The notes under the pieces were generated by a model. The model did no database searches. It was given only the letters and a program-made list of their open reading frames with translations, and had not been told where the DNA came from. Shown here piece after piece: positions 1-8,355 of a stretch of DNA of 49,839 nucleotides (the first letter of the stretch is position 1; every line of letters begins with the position of its first letter). The stretch is taken from assembly GCA_039028495.1 (NCBI GenBank), contig JBCCHY010000003.1, positions 1-49,839 on the forward strand, in the 5' to 3' direction. This stretch comes from Patescibacteria group bacterium. GTDB lineage: Bacteria > Patescibacteriota > Saccharimonadia > Saccharimonadales > VXPC01. Position numbers and translations under genes: made by a program.

Positions 1-354
1 GCTCAGCTCCATCAGTTGAGAGGCAGAATAGGTCGTAGTAATTCTCAGGGCTACTGCTACCTGTCACAATCTAGTAATAACCCTCCTAGTCGTAGGCTGA
101 GGGCGATAGAAACTATGTCAGACGGATTCAAGCTCAGTGAACTGGATCTTGAAATACGTGGACCAGGAGCAATCTATGGTACTCGCCAAAGTGGCGCACT
201 CGATCTGTCTTTGGCTAACATCACAGACCAAGCACTAGTCGCAGATGTATCTGCAGCAGTAAAGTCGTTTATAGAGTCAGATACTCAGCTGGTAGAATAC
301 GATCTGCTTCAAGCTCAAGTAGAGCGCTTGCAAAAAGTAACCAATCTAAACTAA
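1..354 (+). CDS. recG: ATP-dependent DNA helicase RecG, C-terminal part (5' truncated)
   Basis: Frame open from base 1: AQLHQLRGRIGR (helicase motif VI) and DGFKLSELDLEIRGPG...GTRQSG (TRG motif). Confidence 0.92.
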   Translation, partial: AQLHQLRGRIGRSNSQGYCYLSQSSNNPPSRRLRAIETMSDGFKLSELDLEIRGPGAIYGTRQSGALDLSLANITDQALVADVSAAVKSFIESDTQLVEYDLLQAQVERLQKVTNLN

Positions 355-382
355 ACGTTCAATGAAAGTAGGTCGTAAGTAA

Positions 383-1207
383 ATGTATTCTGGCTGGCTA
401 CTAACAAACCAATCAGGTGAAATATTCGGTGCTCATCAGAAAATCAACCGCATAGCCTGGAAACGACTCAACGAGCTAGACGACTCCGACACTAGTCGTT
501 TCCCCTCAGTAAAACTCGTGCAGCACTTCGAAGGCCGTAATGGGCCAGATGGGCTCAAACAAAAGAGCCCAGGCCAAGACGAGCCTCATCATTTTTACTA
601 TCCAGATAACCCAGATGCTACAGACCTACTGCAGCATCTCCGGGATCACTACAGTGGTCTAGTAGAGGCCCTTTCAAAACAAGATATGGACAGAGCGGCA
701 TACGAAGCAGCTTGGCTGTCACATGTGCTGACAGATGGACTCACTCCCGCTCATCACCATCCATATGAGGAGGAGTACGAAGAAATAGCTGGCTACAAAC
801 CAAGCGACCGCACCAAGCCCTCTGAGCGCATGATGATAAAGGGCGAGGGTGTATATGATACAGCTCGTAAGAACTGGGATTTCTGGGGAGCTAAAGGACT
901 CTTTATGACTCATGGTCTGTTCGAGCTTGGTTTTGCAGGCATAATAAAACCCCTCAGGTTCAAGCATGCCGCACCAACTGAATATGATCTGAAGCTACTA
1001 GATCACCACGGTATCGAGGAAGTGTTCAAGCGCTATGCGGAGCAAGTTGCAGAACTTGACATGTACACTCGTTTTTATGAGCGCGGTTGGACTACAAAAC
1101 TCGCTCGCGATGTCCGAGAGGTTCTAGCACCAACTATTATCAAATGTGTCACCCTCGCCTGGTACTCAGCCCTCAAAGAATCAAAACCACAATCACAACA
1201 AAAGTAG
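383..1207 (+). CDS. Hypothetical protein, zinc-dependent phospholipase C / S1-P1 nuclease-like fold
   Basis: 274 aa; spaced metal-ligand-like motifs AHQKI, GPD, HHF, HVLTDGLTPAHH, HGLFE. Confidence 0.55.
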   Translation: MYSGWLLTNQSGEIFGAHQKINRIAWKRLNELDDSDTSRFPSVKLVQHFEGRNGPDGLKQKSPGQDEPHHFYYPDNPDATDLLQHLRDHYSGLVEALSKQDMDRAAYEAAWLSHVLTDGLTPAHHHPYEEEYEEIAGYKPSDRTKPSERMMIKGEGVYDTARKNWDFWGAKGLFMTHGLFELGFAGIIKPLRFKHAAPTEYDLKLLDHHGIEEVFKRYAEQVAELDMYTRFYERGWTTKLARDVREVLAPTIIKCVTLAWYSALKESKPQSQQK

Positions 1208-1297
1208 AACCACCTATTTCCTAGACGGTCGTTAAATATCGCTACTTTCCTAGCACAAGATGACTTTTGTGTAGTACTTGATTGGTATACTGGAGGT

Positions 1298-1828
1298 ATG
1301 AGAATCATAGCTGGCTGGCTTAAAAGTAGGCTTATACGAGCACCAAGAGGTCATAGGACACATCCTATGAGCGAAAAGGCCCGTGGGGCGCTATTCAACA
1401 TGCTGGGTGATATAGAGGGCTTGAGCGTGCTTGATGCATTTGCAGGCAGCGGGGCTTTGTCGATTGAGGCTATCAGTAGGGGTGCTTCGAGCGCTGTGGC
1501 TATTGATGTGGACAAACGAGCTTACCGCGCACTAACAGAGAACATAGAGTCTCTTCAGCTCGAGGACAAGATTCAGGCCATCCGTGCGAACAGCTCTACA
1601 TGGGCGAAAAACACAGATGATATGTATGATCTCGTACTGCTAGATCCGCCATATGATGATATCAACCCACTTCACCTGTACAGCTTGGCGGAAAGAGTGT
1701 TGAGTGGCGGCTTGTTGGTTCTGAGCATTCCTGATCATTTTCGACCCAGATTTGATGCTAAAGAATGGGATTTAGTGTCTACTAAAAAATACGCGGCAGC
1801 AAACGTGTTGGTGTATAGACGAGTCTAG
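1298..1828 (+). CDS. rsmD: 16S rRNA m2G966 methyltransferase RsmD
   Basis: MRIIAG start, LDAFAGSGALSIEAISRGA, LDPPY. Confidence 0.92.
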   Translation: MRIIAGWLKSRLIRAPRGHRTHPMSEKARGALFNMLGDIEGLSVLDAFAGSGALSIEAISRGASSAVAIDVDKRAYRALTENIESLQLEDKIQAIRANSSTWAKNTDDMYDLVLLDPPYDDINPLHLYSLAERVLSGGLLVLSIPDHFRPRFDAKEWDLVSTKKYAAANVLVYRRV

Positions 1829-2139
1829 ATTGCATCATTCACTGATTTGAGAGCGAGCGCTAGGGCGTGGCAGACCCATGGTTCGAGAGACTGATCCTTG
1901 CGTGTATCCCAGCTAAGAGAGTTGGCCATGTCAAATACAGCAAAGTCATCGTTGGGTTCTTGTCCTATTTGTCTCCAGGTTGCCTTTACGAAAGTAACCT
2001 GAGGGTTTACTAGCCGAAGTATCTCAATTTTAGTGCCCCAGGGTGTATCAAGTGATCTACTGTATTCATAGACTGCTGACTCTACTGCTTGAGCCGCTGA
2101 CATTAGCTTCTTGCTTATTTCGATGATCATTGAATACAT
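1825..2139 (-). CDS. Hypothetical protein
   Basis: 104-aa ORF filling the gap convergent with rsmD; no motif recognised. Confidence 0.5.
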   Translation of the reverse strand: MYSMIIEISKKLMSAAQAVESAVYEYSRSLDTPWGTKIEILRLVNPQVTFVKATWRQIGQEPNDDFAVFDMANSLSWDTRKDQSLEPWVCHALALALKSVNDAI

Positions 2140-2176
2140 AGTAACAGGGACACTTTAGATGTCGTATAATGCAGGT

Positions 2177-2557
2177 ATGGAATTTATGTTATCAGTTCTT
2201 ATTGGGATGATCGTGATGGCTGTTATTGATGGCCCGGTGATCAAATATGTTATAAGACCGACTCTTGAAAGCACTGCTAAGGGTATTTCTAGAGACACGC
2301 CCAACTTTCCCGCAGCAATTGTTTTCTACGTTGGGTATGTTTCTATGGTTGTGTACCTCAGCCAGCTACTTGGTGATACGAGTGCGGAGGTTGCTTTCTA
2401 TGGTGGGTTACTAGGGCTTTTTGCATACGGAACGTACGAATTTACTAATATGGCGGTGCTTAAGGGTTGGTCGTGGAAAATGGTTATGATCGACACAGTA
2501 TGGGGCGTCATTCTCACTTCGGCAGTTGCGACCCTAGCCTACATCTTCACAAACTAA
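2177..2557 (+). CDS. DUF2177-like membrane protein
   Basis: Four hydrophobic segments; YGTYEFTNMAVLKGW...DTVWG motif; start placed at ATG 2177, 6 nt after TATAAT (track start 2159 is in frame). Confidence 0.8.
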   Translation: MEFMLSVLIGMIVMAVIDGPVIKYVIRPTLESTAKGISRDTPNFPAAIVFYVGYVSMVVYLSQLLGDTSAEVAFYGGLLGLFAYGTYEFTNMAVLKGWSWKMVMIDTVWGVILTSAVATLAYIFTN

Positions 2558-2584
2558 AAACCAGCCTCCTGGTTAGTTTATATA

Positions 2585-2765
2585 TGGTGCGCGAGTAGGG
2601 ACTTGGTCACGTCTCGCGACCCCGTAATTTCATGGCGTTAAACAAGTTTCATCCAGAAAGTTTCCTTGCTGACTGCCACAGGCAGTCCTCACCTTCACGC
2701 CTAGGGTTTGGCTCAAGTCCATCTCACATACCAAAACAAAAAGACCCAAATGGGTCTTCACGTTT
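2585..2765 (-). repeat. tRNA-Leu 3'-derived downstream element (hairpin, inverted 3' copy, T-loop-split direct copy)
   Basis: 2585-2605 matches the tRNA 3' end at 19/21; 2691-2702 is identical to the tRNA segment 5' of the T-loop; 2713-2737 is a degenerate inverted copy; hairpin at 2741-2758. Confidence 0.8.
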
Positions 2766-2850
2766 TGGTGCGCGAGAAAGGACTTGAACCTTCACGCCTT
2801 GCGGCACTAGTTCCTAAGACTAGCGTGTCTACCAATTCCACCACTCGCGC
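2766..2850 (-). tRNA. tRNA-Leu(TAG)
   Basis: Reverse complement GCGCGAGTGGTGGAATTGGTAGAC...CTAGT-CTTAGGA-ACTAG...GGTTCAAGTCC...CGCGCACCA; long variable arm; encoded CCA. Confidence 0.97.
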
Positions 2851-2888
2851 ATGAAATTGCCCGAATATATTAGCACATACAACACTGG

Positions 2889-3614
2889 TTACATAGTGAC
2901 ATCTGCTTGTTTCGCAATTGTAGCTATCTGCTCCATCACAAGCGCTGTATCTGCTCCACGCAAGTTTGTCAGGTTTTTACCTATAACTTCACTAAAACAA
3001 TCTCTTTGTGAGATTAAATCACGCACAAAAAACGGCATCCGGAATGTTGTAGGTCGTACGCATTTGAGCACGCTTCTACCGAGGCGAGTTTTAGTAGCTC
3101 CAGTGTGGGCAGTTTCTGAGGTAAGAGTCATGTAATGCTGATTGAAGCGAGCGAGCATCAGCACCGGTAACCCAGATGCTGGTAATGTTAGTACGGAAGA
3201 TTCTCCATAAATTCTTGCTTTTTGCAGTCCTACTGCTCTTTCGTCTTCATCCAGTATGAAGGATACATCTTGGCAAGCTTCATTTGGATCTAGGGCATTG
3301 TTTAGCGCCTTCAAGAACATCGGCTCTGCACTCATGCAAGAATGAAAATCCTTTGTTGCCGATCGATGGCTCGGAATATTCGAATAGCAAAGTGCTAGCT
3401 GCGCGAGTGCCGAACTTGAGTTTCTCATGTGTTCAGGTTGCTTCTGACCAAGCAGCATTATCAGACGAAGTGCACGGTTGTATTCCTCGTCATAAGACTT
3501 ATGAGGTAGATAGTAGTCACCGGTTGCTGCTAGGAATTCAGCGGGGGCATCTGCATGTAAGCCATCGATCAGCTTTCTACGAGTTCGATTTCTCTCGTTG
3601 GCACTTATTTGCAT
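2889..3614 (-). CDS. Hypothetical protein
   Basis: 241-aa ORF upstream of tRNA-Leu on the same strand; no motif recognised. Confidence 0.6.
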   Translation of the reverse strand: MQISANERNRTRRKLIDGLHADAPAEFLAATGDYYLPHKSYDEEYNRALRLIMLLGQKQPEHMRNSSSALAQLALCYSNIPSHRSATKDFHSCMSAEPMFLKALNNALDPNEACQDVSFILDEDERAVGLQKARIYGESSVLTLPASGLPVLMLARFNQHYMTLTSETAHTGATKTRLGRSVLKCVRPTTFRMPFFVRDLISQRDCFSEVIGKNLTNLRGADTALVMEQIATIAKQADVTM

Positions 3615-3726
3615 CTACAACTCGCTAGGAGGCCTTGTGCCGGTAAAGCTAGAGTAGGCACTACATTTGATGATCGCATCTTGGCTAAACAGTACACCAA
3701 AAGTCGCTATAGAAAAAACATGAGCA

Positions 3727-3755
3727 TTGACGAAACGTCCTATATAAGTTATGGT
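3727..3755 (+). promoter_or_regulatory. Sigma70-type promoter of the hisS leader
   Basis: TTGACG-17 nt-TATGGT; leader ATG 7 nt downstream. Confidence 0.7.
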
Positions 3756-3762
3756 ATGTCTA

Positions 3763-3810
3763 ATGAGTAAACTACATCTACATATCAAACCGGAGGTTTC
3801 CCGAGGTTAG
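3763..3810 (+). CDS. Putative His leader peptide MSKLHLHIKPEVSRG
   Basis: 15 codons with two CAT codons, between the promoter and a terminator upstream of hisS. Confidence 0.7.
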   Translation: MSKLHLHIKPEVSRG

Positions 3811-3838
3811 GGTGTAGATTTTTATTGTCTTAATCCTT

Positions 3839-3863
3839 AAGCCGGGGCACCCCCGGCTTTTTT
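3839..3863 (+). terminator. Attenuator terminator upstream of the hisS operon
   Basis: AAGCCGGGG-CAC-CCCCGGCTT followed by a T run. Confidence 0.85.
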
Positions 3864-3912
3864 GTTCTGTAATTAAGAAAATAATGTAAGAAACTTTTGA
3901 AGGAAATTAGAC

Positions 3913-4167
3913 ATGAATATTACGTACGAAACAATTAAAGAAGAAGCCGCAATGGTTGGTCCACCGGTCATCGGTGTTTGTTTTAGGGAGCCTAACACAT
4001 ACACATTCGATCGTAGGACCGATCCAAGCTCCCCAGACTACAATCCCAGGACAGCAGATCTAGGGCTTATGCCGCCAGATGTTGTTCCGATAACTAAAGA
4101 ACAGGCCTTTGAGCTAAATGCTATAGCTAAAGCTGCTAGAATAGAGACAGGTAAACAAAATGGCTAA
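3913..4167 (+). CDS. Hypothetical His-free protein overlapping the hisS start
   Basis: 84 aa; GAAGGA SD-like site upstream; 8-nt overlap with hisS. Confidence 0.65.
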   Translation: MNITYETIKEEAAMVGPPVIGVCFREPNTYTFDRRTDPSSPDYNPRTADLGLMPPDVVPITKEQAFELNAIAKAARIETGKQNG

Positions 4168-5452
4168 AGTAAAAGTACAAAACTACAAAGGCACGAGGGA
4201 TTTCTACCCAGAGGATAAGCGCCTACAGAAATACGTTTTTAACATATGGCGCAGTGTCTGCGAAAGATATGGCTACGAAGAAGTAGACGCGCCTATGCTT
4301 GAGCCATTAGAGCTCTACCAGATGAAAAATGGTGCAAACCCGGACATGATCAAGGACGAGCTCTATGCGTTAACGGACAAATCTGGACGAGACCTTGTCG
4401 TCAGACCAGAAATGACACCGACTGTCAGTCGTATGGTTGCAGCGAGACGGCAAGAGCTCCAGTACCCAGCACGCTGGTATAGCATTCCAAATCTGTGGCG
4501 CTATGAGCGCCCACAAAAGGGCCGCCTACGCGAGCACTGGCAGCTGAATGTCGACATCTTTGGCCAAGACGGACTACAGGCAGTGTTTGAGCTACTACAG
4601 ATTGCAAATGACATCGTTGTGGGCTTAGGTGCTGAGACTGGCATGTATACGATCAGGATTAACAGCCGCAAGCTAGTTAATAAACTATGTGAGTTGCTTA
4701 GACTTTGTGAGCCTGAGGCAAGTGCTCTCATGCAGCTGATAGATAAAAAAGCAAAGATGCCTATTGAGGAGTATGATCAGAAGTTTAATGAACTTGTAGA
4801 TGGTGACGCTGCTATGAAATCTCTCATTAATGAATTCTTGGCTGCCACAAGCTACGACGAGCTACCAGAAGAGCTCAGGAATACAGATGAAGCGGCCGAG
4901 CTACGACAGCTACTAGACTCATGCAGCGATAATATGATGGAATCGGTCGTATATGATCCCTTAATCATGAGGGGGTTTGACTACTACACAGGTTTCGTAT
5001 TCGAGGTTTTTAACGAAGATCTGGAGAATAACCGTGCCATGCTCGGCGGCGGAGAGTACGATGGGCTTGTAGGAGCCATGGGGGCAGAACCGTTACCTAC
5101 AGCTGGGTTTGGGATGGGCGATGTAACCGCAATTGATTTCATGCAGTCGCAGGGCACCTTGCCGGAACTTTGGAACGAAACAGATATTTACTTCGTCGTG
5201 CTAGAAGGGTCACTTGAGGCTGCACAAGCAGCCATCAGAAAGCTTAGGCAAGGCCCCAGGATAAATGTTGCCGTAGATAGTACGTATCGAAAACTATCTA
5301 AATGCCTAGAGTCGGCTGACAAGCGAAAAATTCGCTATGCCCTCATCTGCGGGGAAAACGAAGTCAAGAGTGGTCAGTACCAGCTGAAAGATCTAAAGAC
5401 AGGTGAAACGTTCACGATGGATCTAGACAAAATCGCGCAAGCCCTACGCTAG
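4160..5452 (+). CDS. hisS: Histidyl-tRNA synthetase
   Basis: KGTRDFYP, RPEMTP, RYERPQKGRLREH, RGFDYYTG, GGGEYDGL (usual GGRYD has R->E), C-terminal anticodon-binding domain. Confidence 0.97.
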   Translation: MAKVKVQNYKGTRDFYPEDKRLQKYVFNIWRSVCERYGYEEVDAPMLEPLELYQMKNGANPDMIKDELYALTDKSGRDLVVRPEMTPTVSRMVAARRQELQYPARWYSIPNLWRYERPQKGRLREHWQLNVDIFGQDGLQAVFELLQIANDIVVGLGAETGMYTIRINSRKLVNKLCELLRLCEPEASALMQLIDKKAKMPIEEYDQKFNELVDGDAAMKSLINEFLAATSYDELPEELRNTDEAAELRQLLDSCSDNMMESVVYDPLIMRGFDYYTGFVFEVFNEDLENNRAMLGGGEYDGLVGAMGAEPLPTAGFGMGDVTAIDFMQSQGTLPELWNETDIYFVVLEGSLEAAQAAIRKLRQGPRINVAVDSTYRKLSKCLESADKRKIRYALICGENEVKSGQYQLKDLKTGETFTMDLDKIAQALR

Positions 5453-5486
5453 TAATAGTGACGTATCTCTGATAGAGTCTAGTCCC

Positions 5487-6773
5487 ATGAAAGTCACCAC
5501 TAAAGAAACTACAGATACATCAACAACCCTGCTAGTCGTTGTTGATGCAAAAGAAATAGAAAAGTCTAAAGCCAAAGCCCTGAAGCAATTCGGTAAAAGC
5601 GTCAAAGCCCAGGGCTTTCGCAAAGGCAAGGCTCCTGCAAAAGTTGTTGAGCAGCAAGTAGACCCCAACGAGCTATCAGCAGCTGTGCTAAATGACGTAG
5701 TCCCGGTTCAAGCAGGTATGGCGCTAGAGCAGAAAAAAATACTAACAGCCATTCAGCCGGACGTCACAGTGACAAAATTTGTGCCATACAGTGAACTTGA
5801 GATTGAAATCAAAGCCGAGTTTGTAGCTAATGTAAAGCTCATGGACTACAAAAAGAAAATCACGAAAGCAAAACCAAAAGTAGATGTCACTGACGAAGAG
5901 GTCGAAAACGTACAAAAACGAATCCAGTTCGACATGAGTGAGCGCAAAGAGGTGGACCGTGCAGCAAAACTTGACGATCAGGTCTGGATTGATTTCTCTG
6001 GAACTGACAAAGACGGCAAAGAAGTAGATGGCGCTAGCGGCGAAGACTACCCCCTAGCACTGGGGAGCAATACATTCATCCCTGGATTCGAAGATGAGTT
6101 AGTCGGTGTAAAGACAGGTGACGAAAAAAAGTTTGATGTTACGTTCCCGAAAGACTACCAGGCAGAAAAGCTCGCAGGTGCCAAGGTCACGTTCAAAGTA
6201 ACAGTTAAAAAGGTGCAAGAAGTCATCATCCCCGAGATAAATGATGGGCTTGCAAAGCAAGTAGGCCCCTACAAAGACGCACAAGAACTGCTAGCAGATA
6301 TCAGAACAAAGGTAGAAGAGGATAAGGTTCATAAGGCCGAAATGGCGCTCGAGACAGAGATTGTCAATGAAATAGCCGAGGGCTCTACTATGGATATCCC
6401 AGACAAGATGATCGATATGCAGACCCAGGCAATTCTGGAGGAACATCAGCGCAACCTTCAGTACCAGGGCACAACGTACGAAGCGTGGCTAGAATCAGAG
6501 AGCTTAACACCTGAATCGCATGGTGAGCAGATGAAAGAAACAGCCGAAAAGCGCGTCCGCGGCGGCATTGTCCTCTCAGAAGTAGCCAAAGCTGAAGGAG
6601 TCGAGGTGACAGATGACGAGATTACTCAGGCAATGGAACAATACAAAGCGCAGTATGCCTCAGACCCACAGATGCAGATGGAGCTCGCCAAGCCTGATGC
6701 TCGTAGAGACATAGCCGCCAGACTCCTAACAGGCCGTACTCTAGATAAACTCAAAGAACTAATCTTGAAATAA
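5487..6773 (+). CDS. tig: Trigger factor
   Basis: GFRKGKAP ribosome-binding motif; FKBP domain FIPGFEDEL...VTFPKDY. Confidence 0.96.
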   Translation: MKVTTKETTDTSTTLLVVVDAKEIEKSKAKALKQFGKSVKAQGFRKGKAPAKVVEQQVDPNELSAAVLNDVVPVQAGMALEQKKILTAIQPDVTVTKFVPYSELEIEIKAEFVANVKLMDYKKKITKAKPKVDVTDEEVENVQKRIQFDMSERKEVDRAAKLDDQVWIDFSGTDKDGKEVDGASGEDYPLALGSNTFIPGFEDELVGVKTGDEKKFDVTFPKDYQAEKLAGAKVTFKVTVKKVQEVIIPEINDGLAKQVGPYKDAQELLADIRTKVEEDKVHKAEMALETEIVNEIAEGSTMDIPDKMIDMQTQAILEEHQRNLQYQGTTYEAWLESESLTPESHGEQMKETAEKRVRGGIVLSEVAKAEGVEVTDDEITQAMEQYKAQYASDPQMQMELAKPDARRDIAARLLTGRTLDKLKELILK

Positions 6774-7114
6774 TGATGCAACCCACCCAGATTTGGAAAG
6801 GGGTGGACAAACGTAAAGCAAAAAGACTAGAAAAAGTTGCTTCAACCACAGACCCTGATTGGCTGCGTAATCGTGCAGGTATTGAAGCCATGAGCATAGG
6901 TGCCAAAGCAATTGCTGGCATGTATGTGACTCGTCTTGCAATCAATCTGGGGGGATATATGTGGGAAGCAGGAAGTGTACATCCAGTAGAGGTCGGCCTA
7001 TTGACAACTTTTGTATACCTGGACTTGGGCCTGGCAAAGTCATGCGAGTCACATGTAGTGGTGCGTAATGAGGTGGTGCGTAAACACCAAATTTGGAGTA
7101 GGCCTGACAGATGA
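6773..7114 (+). CDS. Hypothetical protein
   Basis: 113 aa; start overlaps the tig stop (TAATG). Confidence 0.55.
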   Translation: MMQPTQIWKGVDKRKAKRLEKVASTTDPDWLRNRAGIEAMSIGAKAIAGMYVTRLAINLGGYMWEAGSVHPVEVGLLTTFVYLDLGLAKSCESHVVVRNEVVRKHQIWSRPDR

Positions 7115-7494
7115 AAGGCATGTTCAAGGTAGACAGAAAGCCTGGCAGGAACAGACTTACTCGCAGCATGTTTAACAAGATGGAAGAGACGCAGTGGGAG
7201 CTTCACGACAACCGAATTATGCATAGACAAGAAGTTGTAAACTCGCTAATCCCAGCTCTTGCAGGTACGGCGATTGGGGGCGTATTAGCTTTTGGCATGG
7301 CTAGAGGCAGCTTGTACTCAGGCTATAGCTTTGTAGAAACCGTCATCACTGAGCAAAGCGTTGAGGCGTCGTATCCCGTATTTAGCTATCTTACATATAG
7401 AGGTGCGAGGCTGTTTGGCAGGATGGCCTACGAAGCGTCGAATATTGCATATATGTGCAGCCTAAAGCTTCAGCATGACGACTACTGTAATTAG
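7111..7494 (+). CDS. Hypothetical protein, possibly membrane-associated
   Basis: 127 aa; ATGA overlap with the previous ORF; one hydrophobic segment. Confidence 0.55.
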   Translation: MKGMFKVDRKPGRNRLTRSMFNKMEETQWELHDNRIMHRQEVVNSLIPALAGTAIGGVLAFGMARGSLYSGYSFVETVITEQSVEASYPVFSYLTYRGARLFGRMAYEASNIAYMCSLKLQHDDYCN

Positions 7495-7517
7495 CAGTCG
7501 GGTTGCTGGAGTGCTAA
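7491..7517 (+). promoter_or_regulatory. CIRCE element (HrcA operator) upstream of clpP
   Basis: TTAGCAGTC-N9-GAGTGCTAA, one mismatch to TTAGCACTC-N9-GAGTGCTAA; extended -10 TGcTACAAT at 7524-7532. Confidence 0.88.
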
Positions 7518-7538
7518 CTCCTATGCTACAATTTGTTT

Positions 7539-8153
7539 ATGAACGAAGAAAACATGACTCAGATTACAGATTCGACCTTAGTGCCGATGGTAGTAGAGAG
7601 CGACGGCCGTGTCGAGCGCTCATATGACATATACTCCAGACTCTTAAAAGACAGAATTATATTTATAACTGGTCAGATCAATATGCACAACGCAAACCTT
7701 GTAGTAGCCCAGCTTTTGTTTCTAGAACAGCAAGATCCAGATGCAGACATACATCTATATATCAACTCTCCTGGCGGAGTGGTCTACGCAGGGCTCGCTA
7801 TATATGACACTATTCAGTTTATAAAACCAGATGTCCATACATATGGGATTGGCACATCAATGAGTATGGGTTCAGTCTTACTGGCTGCAGGGACAAAGGG
7901 CAAGAGGCATGCTCTTCCGAACTCAACAGTCATGATCCACCAGCCGTCTGCTGGAACGGAAGGTAAAGTAACTGACATGCAGATTAGTATCGAAGAAGGA
8001 CTGCGCATTAAAAACAAGCTGGCAGAGATTATGGCAAAGCATACCGGCAAGACAGTAAAGCAAATCAACGAAGACTGGGACAGAGATAACTTCCTCACAG
8101 CAGAACAAGCCAAAAAGTACGGCATAGTAGACGATATAGTCACAACACGATAA
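7539..8153 (+). CDS. clpP: ATP-dependent Clp protease proteolytic subunit
   Basis: [22 protein letters not shown] (catalytic Ser), MIHQP, DRD; ATG 7539 preferred over TTG 7533. Confidence 0.97.
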   Translation: MNEENMTQITDSTLVPMVVESDGRVERSYDIYSRLLKDRIIFITGQINMHNANLVVAQLLFLEQQDPDADIHLYINSPGGVVYAGLAIYDTIQFIKPDVHTYGIGTSMSMGSVLLAAGTKGKRHALPNSTVMIHQPSAGTEGKVTDMQISIEEGLRIKNKLAEIMAKHTGKTVKQINEDWDRDNFLTAEQAKKYGIVDDIVTTR

Positions 8154-8355
8154 TTTCATAGATTATTTTACAACGATTATAGTTGATTTATATCGGTCTA
8201 TAATGGAGAATTGTATTCAAGAAGTAGTAAGTCCCGGTTTCCTGTTGCTTGAAAATAGGTCCAATAATGTGACTAGTGAACTTCGGCGCCAAAGATATAA
8301 ATCACTAAAAACAAACTTGTAATTATTAAATCAGCACCAAGGGAGCTCACTCTTT

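Noticed and set aside
2851-3628. Plus-strand ORFs 2851-3135 and 3284-3628
   Set aside because: Overlap the longer minus-strand 241-aa ORF and have no motifs
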